This document shows, one piece after another, positions 56,434-64,000 of a stretch of DNA of 64,000 nucleotides. Numbering within the stretch: position 1 is the stretch's first letter; each line of letters begins with the position of its first letter. Below the pieces are notes generated by a model. That model did not search any database. It saw only the letters and a program-made list of their open reading frames with translations, and had not been told where the DNA came from. This stretch comes from an uncultured Acidobacteriota bacterium. GTDB taxonomy: Bacteria; Acidobacteriota; UBA6911; RPQK01; JAPXNP01. A program made the translations under genes and the position numbers. The stretch is taken from assembly GCA_963777605.1 (NCBI GenBank), contig CAVZRV010000007.1, forward strand, positions 1,024,001 through 1,088,000, read 5' to 3'.

Positions 56434-57438
56434 ATGCAGGAAAATTTAGCCGGGCTCGTTGAGACACTGGTTTCCATTCCTTCCCCGACTGGGGATGAAG
56501 GTGCAGCCGGGGAAGTGCTTGAGAATCATCTCCGGGAGATTGGACTGGAGGTGCGCCGACAGTCTGTCGATGGTCGTCGGTTCAACTTGATCGCCACGAC
56601 CGGGGAAGTACCGCGCGTGCTGCTCTGCTCGCACATTGACGTAGTGGCTCCCCACCTTCCATTCACCCGGGTTGGCTCGACTCTGTTCGGGCGCGGAGTC
56701 TGTGACGCCAAGGGGGCTCTGGCGGCGATGGCATTCGCCGCTGAGAATCTTCTCGAAGAAGGGGAGCGGCGGTTTGGCCTCCTCGTGGTCGTCGGAGAAG
56801 AGCGGAATTCTGACGGGGCCAAGGCTGCCGCTTCCCTCGAGCTCGATTCGCGGTTTGTGGTCATCGGCGAGCCGACCGAGAATTTCCTGGTCAAGGCGCA
56901 GAAGGGGACCCTGGTATTCCGCCTCGACGTTGCCGGGGTGAGCGGCCACTCGGCGGTTCCCGATACCGGGCGCTCCGCGGTCCACGAACTGGTCCGAATC
57001 GCCTCCCGGTGGCTCGAAACCGAGTGGGGCGAACATCCCGAGTTGGGTGAGACCACTCTCAACTTCGGCCGGATCAGTGGAGGTTCAGGGCCCAACGTGA
57101 TCGCCGGGCAGGCCTCGGCCGAGGGAATTTTCAGGGTGTCCACGTCGATTGAAGAAGTCCGTGAGAAGGCGCTGAACTCTCTTCCCGAGTCGACCCATTT
57201 CTCGGCCCTCAGCCAGGCCGAGCCGCTGTTTCTTCACACGGTGCCCGGGTTCCCCCAGGTCATCGTCTCGTTTGGATCGGACGCCTCCCATCTGGGGACC
57301 CTCGGACAGGTCCTGATGCTCGGTCCGGGCTCGATCGACCATGCTCACAGCGACGACGAACAGGTGACTATCCAGGAACTCGAGGAAGCCGTCGATCACT
57401 ACGCCGACCTCGTCCGGACCCTGAACCGGGAAGGGTAG
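56434..57438 (+). CDS. M20/M25/M40 metallohydrolase (ArgE/DapE-like deacylase)
   Basis: SHIDVV, GRGVCDAKG, GEE, GEPT and AHSDDE motifs. Confidence 0.88.
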   Translation: MQENLAGLVETLVSIPSPTGDEGAAGEVLENHLREIGLEVRRQSVDGRRFNLIATTGEVPRVLLCSHIDVVAPHLPFTRVGSTLFGRGVCDAKGALAAMAFAAENLLEEGERRFGLLVVVGEERNSDGAKAAASLELDSRFVVIGEPTENFLVKAQKGTLVFRLDVAGVSGHSAVPDTGRSAVHELVRIASRWLETEWGEHPELGETTLNFGRISGGSGPNVIAGQASAEGIFRVSTSIEEVREKALNSLPESTHFSALSQAEPLFLHTVPGFPQVIVSFGSDASHLGTLGQVLMLGPGSIDHAHSDDEQVTIQELEEAVDHYADLVRTLNREG

Positions 57439-57481
57439 AATCAGACTTTGAATCGCAGTCGATAGAAAAGGAGATGCAGAG

Positions 57482-58900
57482 ATGCCAGACCCGTTCCAGA
57501 TCCAACCCAAGATCCAACCTCTCCTGGACCCCGAGTTTGTTCCTGTTGCCCTGTGGCATCGCGCGTTTCAGGATGCAGTGAAGCAGACCGGGAACGTCGC
57601 CGAAATTGGGATCGCCGTGGCCCAGGACCAGGCGGTTACGGCCATTCGCAGAAAGATCCTGCCCCATTCCGGAACGAACGCCGAACTGAACATCCGCTAC
57701 GTGGAGAGGCTCGTCAAGTTCCTGCTCTGGCAGAAGGGCGGTCACACCGTCCTGATCGCCGGGAACAGCGAGATTGCGGACGGCCTGGCCAAGGTCTACT
57801 CCGCTAACGGCGAACGGGCCTTCGACGCCGAGTTGATGGGAGATAAGGTGTTCGGGAAGCCATTCACCGTAAAAGCCATTGACTGGAAAGATTTTCCCGA
57901 GTCAAGGGAATCGAAGCAATTGCTGGGTGGCCACCTGGACGGATGTCGGATCGGATTTGATCTCGGCGGCAGTGACCGCAAGTATGCGGCCGTCGTTGAC
58001 GGGGAAGTTGTTCACAGTGAAGAGGTCGTTTGGGATCCTTACTTCGAGAAAGATCCCGCGTGGCACTACCGGGAGATCAACGACACTCTCAAACGGGCCG
58101 CCGCCAGGATGCCGAGAGTGGATGCCATCGGGGGCAGCTCCGCCGGCGTTTACGTGGACAACCAGGTGCGGGTCGCCTCCCTGTTCCGGGGTGTCTCTCC
58201 GGAAGATTTCAAGGCCAGGGTCCGTCCCCTGTTCCTGGATTTGCGGAAGGAATGGAACGACATCCCGTTCGAAGTGGTCAACGACGGAGAAGTCACTGCC
58301 CTGGCCGGAGCCATGGCGCGTAACGACGGGGGAGTCCTCGGCATCGCGATGGGAACCAGCCTGGCGGCCGGTTACGTCACCCTCGATGGCCACCTCACGA
58401 GCGGGCTCGACGAACTTGCGTTCGTGCCGGTTGATTATCGCGACAATGCTCCGAGCGACGAGTGGTCCGGTGACCTCGGTGTGGGAGCGAACTACTTTTC
58501 GCAACAGGCAGTGGCTCGACTTGCTCCGGTAGCAGGGCTCGATTTTCCCGCCGGCACACCATTCCCGGAACAGCTGGTCCGGGTACAGGAACTGATGAAG
58601 TCGGGTGACGAGCGCGCGCGACAGATTTACGAGACCATCGGGACCTTTTTCGGGTACGCGGTGGCCGAACTGGCCGAGTTCTACGCACTTCGCCACATCC
58701 TGTTGCTGGGACGGGTGCTCTCAGGTGATGGTGGGGACCTCATCATCGACCAGGCAAAAAAGGTTCTCCGGGCCGAATTTCCGGAGCTGCATGAAAGTAT
58801 CAACCTTGTCACTCCGAGCGAAAAAGAAAAGCGTCACGGCCAGGCCGTCGCCGCGGCAAGTCTCCCGGAGTTGCAGAAATCTGAAGGAGTCGAGAAATGA
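57482..58900 (+). CDS. ROK family sugar kinase-like protein with N-terminal extension
   Basis: GFDLGGSDRK, VNDGEVTAL and AMGTS motifs. Confidence 0.85.
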   Translation: MPDPFQIQPKIQPLLDPEFVPVALWHRAFQDAVKQTGNVAEIGIAVAQDQAVTAIRRKILPHSGTNAELNIRYVERLVKFLLWQKGGHTVLIAGNSEIADGLAKVYSANGERAFDAELMGDKVFGKPFTVKAIDWKDFPESRESKQLLGGHLDGCRIGFDLGGSDRKYAAVVDGEVVHSEEVVWDPYFEKDPAWHYREINDTLKRAAARMPRVDAIGGSSAGVYVDNQVRVASLFRGVSPEDFKARVRPLFLDLRKEWNDIPFEVVNDGEVTALAGAMARNDGGVLGIAMGTSLAAGYVTLDGHLTSGLDELAFVPVDYRDNAPSDEWSGDLGVGANYFSQQAVARLAPVAGLDFPAGTPFPEQLVRVQELMKSGDERARQIYETIGTFFGYAVAELAEFYALRHILLLGRVLSGDGGDLIIDQAKKVLRAEFPELHESINLVTPSEKEKRHGQAVAAASLPELQKSEGVEK

Positions 58901-59745
58901 AGTTTAATAATCCTACGGCGGACTTCTACGTTCCGGACGGCACGGAACCCGGTGCGGCCTTGAGCCGGACTACCCATCTTTGTGTCGGTGCCCACCAGGA
59001 TGACATTGAGATCATGGCGTACCACGGGATCGCCGAGTGCTTCGGGCGCAAGGATCGCTGGATGGCCGGTGTCGTGGTCACCAACGGAGCCGGCAGTTCC
59101 CGCACGGGGCTCTACGCGGACTTCACCGATGAGGACATGCGGGCGATTCGCCGCCAGGAGCAGCGCAAGGCTGCCTACGTGGGTGAGTATGCGGTCCAGA
59201 TCCAGCTCGACTACACCAGCGCTCTGGTGAAGGATCCGAAGGAGACCGTCGTGATCGATGATCTGACGGCGATCTTTACGGCGGCCCGGCCCGAAGTGGT
59301 TTACCTGCACAACCCGGGCGACAAACACGACACTCACGTCGGGAGCCTGGCTCGTGCGCTGACCGCTCTTCGCCGGTTGCCGAAGGAAGCGCAGCCACAG
59401 AAGGTGTACGGGTGTGAAGTGTGGCGTTCATTGGATTGGTTGGTGGGTTCTGACAAGGTGGTCCTGCCTTCCTCTGCCTACCCCAACGTGGCCGCTTCCC
59501 TGGTCGGACTTTTCGACTCCCAGATCTCGGGGGGCAAGAGGTACGACCTGGCGACCGCAGGCCGGCGCCTGGCCAACGCCACCTACTTCGACTCGCACGC
59601 GTCCGATGCGGAGACTGCTGCGAGCTACGTGATTGATCTCAAGCCCCTACTCGACAATCCTGATCTCTCCCTCGAGGAGTTCACCCTGGCGATAGTCGAG
59701 CGATTCGCGGATGACGTCCGCAGCCGCCTCGCCAAGTTCAGCTAG
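58897..59745 (+). CDS. PIG-L/LmbE family deacetylase
   Basis: AHQDDIE and DKHDTH motifs. Confidence 0.88.
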   Translation: MKFNNPTADFYVPDGTEPGAALSRTTHLCVGAHQDDIEIMAYHGIAECFGRKDRWMAGVVVTNGAGSSRTGLYADFTDEDMRAIRRQEQRKAAYVGEYAVQIQLDYTSALVKDPKETVVIDDLTAIFTAARPEVVYLHNPGDKHDTHVGSLARALTALRRLPKEAQPQKVYGCEVWRSLDWLVGSDKVVLPSSAYPNVAASLVGLFDSQISGGKRYDLATAGRRLANATYFDSHASDAETAASYVIDLKPLLDNPDLSLEEFTLAIVERFADDVRSRLAKFS

Positions 59746-59881
59746 CTCCCCGTTTCAGCGTCTTTCCGCGGGCGCCCTTTCAAGGGCCCGGTGCTGCCAA
59801 TCTGTACCGGGCCCCCTCCGAAACCCGGTGCCCGAAACTCTGTTCACGGTGTCTATTCGTTCGAATCCAAGGAGATTGGTC

Positions 59882-61195
59882 ATGTCAAAGCAGCGGAACG
59901 TTCTCATCATGGGAGCCGCCGGTCGTGATTTCCACAACTTCAACGTCTACTTCAGGAACAACCCGGCAGAGAGGGTGGTGGCCTTCACGGCATTTCAGAT
60001 TCCCAACATCGCCGGGCGAACCTATCCTCCGGTTCTGGCAGGGGAGGCGTACCCGGAAGGGATTCCGATCTACGACGAGAAAGAGCTTCCCGAACTGATC
60101 GAGAAGCTGGAAGTCGACGAGGTGGTCTTCGCCTATAGCGACGTCGCCCATGAAGACGTGATGCACCGGGCTTCTCTGGTGAATGCTTGTGGAGCGGACT
60201 TCCGCCTGATGGGGATGGCCACGACCCAGATCCGATCCAACAAGCCGGTGATTTCGGTGGGGGCCATTCGAACGGGCTGCGGCAAGAGCCAGACCTCGCG
60301 GCGGATTGCGCAGTTGCTGCATGCCCGGGGAAAGTCGGCGGTGGTGATCCGCCACCCGATGCCCTACGGTGACCTGGCGGCCCAGGCCTGTCAGCGATTC
60401 GCCAAACTTTCCGATCTCGACCGCCACGAGTGCACGATCGAGGAGCGGGAAGAATACGAAGGCCACATCAACCTTGGGCACATCGTTTATGCCGGGGTAG
60501 ACTACGGCATGATCCTCGCTGAAGCCGAGAAGGAAGCCGACGTCATTCTGTGGGACGGCGGCAACAACGACACGCCTTTCTACAAGTCCAACCTCCACAT
60601 CGTGGTCGTCGATCCTCTGCGTCCCGGACACGAATACCGCTACCATCCGGGCGAAACCAACCTGCGCATGGCCGACGTGGCCTTCATGTCCAAGATCGGC
60701 AGTGCCAGCGCGCACGATATCCAGGAGGTGCGGGACAGCGTGCGCCGGCTCAACCCGAAGGCGAGGCTGATCGAGGCGGACTCGGTTGTCATGGCCTCGA
60801 GCCCTGAACAGATCGCCGGCAAACGGGTTCTGGTGGTTGAGGACGGCCCCACGCTCACGCACGGAGGAATGTCTTACGGTGCCGGGTTTGTCGCAGCCGG
60901 CAAGTACGGAGCAGCTGAAATCGTCGACCCGCGGCCCTACGCCGTGGGGACGATTCGAGACACCTTTGCCAAGTACTCCCAGGTCAAACATGTGCTTCCT
61001 GCAATGGGGTACGGGGATGACCAGGTGAGGGAGTTGCAGGAGACGATCAACGCGGTTCCGTGCGACCTCGTATTGGTGGGCACTCCCTTCGACCTCGGGC
61101 GCCTCGTCGAAGTCAACAAGCCGATGCTTAGAGTCACCTACGAGGTAGATGAAGCCGGGACCAAGGCCCTGGACGAACTCATTCAACATTTTTGA
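59882..61195 (+). CDS. Cyclic 2,3-diphosphoglycerate synthetase-like P-loop protein (arginine synthetase ArcE-like)
   Basis: GAAGRDFHNFN, RTGCGKSQ, RHPMPYG, EEREEYE, WDGGNND and EDGPTLTHG motifs. Confidence 0.8.
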   Translation: MSKQRNVLIMGAAGRDFHNFNVYFRNNPAERVVAFTAFQIPNIAGRTYPPVLAGEAYPEGIPIYDEKELPELIEKLEVDEVVFAYSDVAHEDVMHRASLVNACGADFRLMGMATTQIRSNKPVISVGAIRTGCGKSQTSRRIAQLLHARGKSAVVIRHPMPYGDLAAQACQRFAKLSDLDRHECTIEEREEYEGHINLGHIVYAGVDYGMILAEAEKEADVILWDGGNNDTPFYKSNLHIVVVDPLRPGHEYRYHPGETNLRMADVAFMSKIGSASAHDIQEVRDSVRRLNPKARLIEADSVVMASSPEQIAGKRVLVVEDGPTLTHGGMSYGAGFVAAGKYGAAEIVDPRPYAVGTIRDTFAKYSQVKHVLPAMGYGDDQVRELQETINAVPCDLVLVGTPFDLGRLVEVNKPMLRVTYEVDEAGTKALDELIQHF

Positions 61196-61344
61196 TTTTT
61201 GATTTGTGCGTACCGTGGGGGCGTGAGCCGGGCGCCTCCGCGGGCGCAAACCGGAGACCCGGAGACTGGAGACAGGAATTGGGCGAGTTCGAACGGGCGT
61301 TCGCGGTCATGCCACGCTGAACTCTGAACCCGAAACCCGGAACC

Positions 61345-61830
61345 CTACTTCTCCAGCCGAACCACCCAGCCTCCCCCCGGGGCGAGCTTTGCCCGGAGCA
61401 ACCCTGGCTCGGTTCCGGAGTGGCGGAAGTAAAGTCCTGCCCAGTCGTCGAGATCGGCCTCGGGCAGTGCCGCCCAGCAACCGTCCGAGACCTCGACCAG
61501 CAGGGGGCAGCCGATGACGTCGTTTGCTCCGATCTCGTTGAGCCGAATGCGCTGAAAGGGGGCTTCCTGGTGGGTCGTAAAGGAGCCGTAGTTGGTCGCC
61601 CAAACCCAGGGGTTTCCCGGGAAGCGGAACTCGCCCCGTTCCGAGGAGAGCTTGAAGTCTTCCCACCCGGCGTTGTCGGGCAGGACATATCGGAAGGCGG
61701 CACCGTCGTCGTATGCGCGGAAGACCAGCTCAAAGCGACGGCCCGGGGCCGCCCGATCCTGCAGGTGCAGCGTGAGTTCGTTTTTACCAAACCATTTTCC
61801 CCGTTGGATCGCTCCCGTCAAGACGGTTGC
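61345..61830 (-). pseudogene. Glycoside hydrolase family 97 N-terminal domain remnant
   Basis: NELTLHL..FRAYDDGAAFRY..PLLV..EADLDDWAGLY; no signal peptide or catalytic barrel. Confidence 0.7.
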
Positions 61831-61990
61831 CGGACCCCGCATCTGAAAGACTCTGCTATAGTCCGAAGGAGATGCCTCGGCACGCTTGCGCGCGGTCGAC
61901 GTCGGTCCGAACCCGAAGGTTGAATCATCGCCCGGCGAGTTGCATCTAAAGGGATTGAACTTCGACAAAATCAGTTGGAAGGTTTTTCTA

Positions 61991-63523
61991 ATGAGTTCAG
62001 ATAAGCAGTTCACTCCTGAGGACCTCAGGAAGTTTCTTCAGGAGAAGTTTGGCTCGGGCATTCAGGTCGGAGTTGCGCCTCAGGCGCAGACCGCCGAAAC
62101 CGACGACGCGGAAGAGCGTGAAGCCCGGCGGCAGCAGGCGCTGGAATTTCGATACAAGCCGAGCGATATCAAGAAGTACCTGGACCGTTTCGTGATTCGC
62201 CAGGATGATGCCAAGAAGGTCCTGGCGACAGCGATTTGCGATCACTACCACCACCTCCAGGACTCGACTGCGGAGGAGAACTGGCGCGATTACAAGAAGC
62301 AGAACATCATTCTGATCGGCCCGACAGGAGTGGGAAAGACCTACCTGGTTCAGAACATCGCCCGCCTGATCGGGGTGCCCTTCGTGAAGGCTGATGCCAC
62401 CAAGTTCAGCGAAACCGGATATGTCGGCGGGGATGTCGAGGATCTGGTCCGGGAACTCGTGGCCCAGGCCAACGGGGATGTGGCTCTGGCCGAATGCGGC
62501 ATCGTCTACCTGGACGAGATCGACAAGATTGCCGCCCCGAGCAATGCCGTCGGCCGGGACGTCAGCGGCCACGGAGTGCAGCGCAACCTCCTCAAGCTGA
62601 TGGAGGAAACCGAGGTTCCGCTCCGTTCGTCAACCGACATTGCGGGCCAGATGCAGGCTCTGGTCGAGTTCCAGACCCGGGGCAAGGTTGAGAAGAAGAC
62701 CATCAATACCCGCCACATCCTGTTCATCGTCAGCGGGGCCTTCTCGGGCCTGACCGACATCATCAAGCGGAGGATCGGTTCGAAGCAGATCGGGTTCATG
62801 GGTGACAAACTGAACGCTGATGAAGAGCACCGTCTCTTCGAGCGGGTGCGGGCCATCGATTTCATCGAGTACGGGTTCGAGGCTGAGTTTGCCGGACGGT
62901 TGCCGGTCGTGGTGCACACCAGCCCACTCTCGGTGGACGACCTGTTCGATGTCGCCAAGTTTTCGGAGGGATCCATCCTCAAGCAGTACCGGAACGACTT
63001 CAAGTCGTACGGGGTGGACATCTACTTCAAGGACGACGGGATGCGGGCGATCGCCGAGATGGCGGCGACGGAGCAGACGGGAGCGCGCGGGCTGATGTCG
63101 GTCTGCGAGAAGATTTTCCGTGACTTCAAGTACCATCTTCCGGACTCCGACGCTAAGGAGTTCGTGGTAACCGCCGAAGTGGTCCACAATCCAGGAGGGA
63201 AACTGGCGGAGCTCCTCGAGACCCCCTCTCTTTACACCGCCGAGGTCCTCAACTGGAAGCTGGAACGTTTCCAGGATGAAATCCAGAAGGATTTCGGAGT
63301 GCGGATCCGTTTCACCGAGGATGGCGCAGCCGCCGTTCTGGGCAAGGCGCGCGAGGAGAACCGGGATGTCGGTGCGATCTGCCGGGAAATCTTCAGCAGT
63401 TACGAGCACGCCCTGAAGCTGCTCAACAAGCGATCGGTGGACACTGAGTTCGCGGTTGAAGCCGAGTTGATCGAGAATCCCGGCACCGTTTTTGAGCGGT
63501 GGATCCGGGAGTCGTACGGGTGA
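61991..63523 (+). CDS. ClpX-like AAA+ ATPase
   Basis: GPTGVGKT, DATKFSETGYVG, DEIDKI, IGF loop and TGARGL motifs; no N-terminal C4 zinc domain. Confidence 0.88.
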   Translation: MSSDKQFTPEDLRKFLQEKFGSGIQVGVAPQAQTAETDDAEEREARRQQALEFRYKPSDIKKYLDRFVIRQDDAKKVLATAICDHYHHLQDSTAEENWRDYKKQNIILIGPTGVGKTYLVQNIARLIGVPFVKADATKFSETGYVGGDVEDLVRELVAQANGDVALAECGIVYLDEIDKIAAPSNAVGRDVSGHGVQRNLLKLMEETEVPLRSSTDIAGQMQALVEFQTRGKVEKKTINTRHILFIVSGAFSGLTDIIKRRIGSKQIGFMGDKLNADEEHRLFERVRAIDFIEYGFEAEFAGRLPVVVHTSPLSVDDLFDVAKFSEGSILKQYRNDFKSYGVDIYFKDDGMRAIAEMAATEQTGARGLMSVCEKIFRDFKYHLPDSDAKEFVVTAEVVHNPGGKLAELLETPSLYTAEVLNWKLERFQDEIQKDFGVRIRFTEDGAAAVLGKAREENRDVGAICREIFSSYEHALKLLNKRSVDTEFAVEAELIENPGTVFERWIRESYG

Positions 63524-63657
63524 CCGGTTTCCCTGGCCGACCGGCGTCAGCCGGGGTGAAAAGGGCTTGATCTGGACACCCGGCGGTGCGACTATTCCTG
63601 CTTTTGCGCCGTGCTATACTTTGGTTTCTTGTAAATCCGCTACGGAGGAAACGCTCG

Positions 63658-64000
63658 ATGCTTCACCTGTTTCGTCGAAAGAAAGAATGGTTGCGGTGGG
63701 TGATGTTGGGGGTGATCATCGCCATCGGACTCACCACCGTACTGCTTTTTGTCAATACCCCGCAAGGGCTTCAGACGACTCTCGGCAACCGTGAAGTTGC
63801 CGTGGTTGCCGACCAGCCCATCTCCGCTGCGGAATTCGGGCGTTTCTACAGCCGGATGCTCGACATGTACCGGCAGATGTACAACCTGGACAAGCAGGAT
63901 CCGGCCGTGCTGAAGCAGCTTCGGATCGGAGACACCGCCCTGAACCAGTTGATCCGCCAGTACGCCACTTCCTATGCGGCCAGGCAGATGGGCCTGGGCG
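63658..64000 (+). CDS. SurA N-terminal domain/PpiD-like protein (3'-truncated by window edge)
   Basis: GGAGG RBS; MLHLFRRKKEWLRWVMLGVII TM followed by VAVVADQPIS..ALNQLI..AARQMGL. Confidence 0.78.
   Translation, partial: MLHLFRRKKEWLRWVMLGVIIAIGLTTVLLFVNTPQGLQTTLGNREVAVVADQPISAAEFGRFYSRMLDMYRQMYNLDKQDPAVLKQLRIGDTALNQLIRQYATSYAARQMGLG

Overview
High-GC bacterial chromosome segment. The gene repertoire is compatible with an Acidobacteriota-like organism, which is inference only. Two housekeeping blocks flank an accessory region. The left block (1-15.2 kb) holds a porin, a B12-radical SAM enzyme, acpS, pgeF, purED, serS, a GntR regulator, add and sdhCAB. The right block (36.7-64 kb) holds a sigma54-driven GcvH-like/4Fe-4S/NrfD operon, a Glu/Leu/Phe/Val dehydrogenase, queA, hpt, an Rne/Rng nuclease, mtaB, rlmN, purB, pncB, M20 peptidases, a ROK/PIG-L pair, a cPGS/ArcE-like enzyme, a ClpX-like ATPase and a PpiD-like gene. 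A ~13.3 kb genomic island is integrated in tRNA-Ser(TGA), bounded by a 59-bp direct repeat (15294-15352 and 28564-28622). It carries a truncated tyrosine integrase, paired TGTATCCG arm-like sites near both ends, and mostly frameshifted cargo genes. It also has a palindromic non-coding element repeated directly around a secreted-protein gene, and a 389-nt poly(T) run that is most likely a long-read artefact. A TolC/MFP/RND efflux operon lies just beyond attR. No CRISPR array or rRNA was seen.
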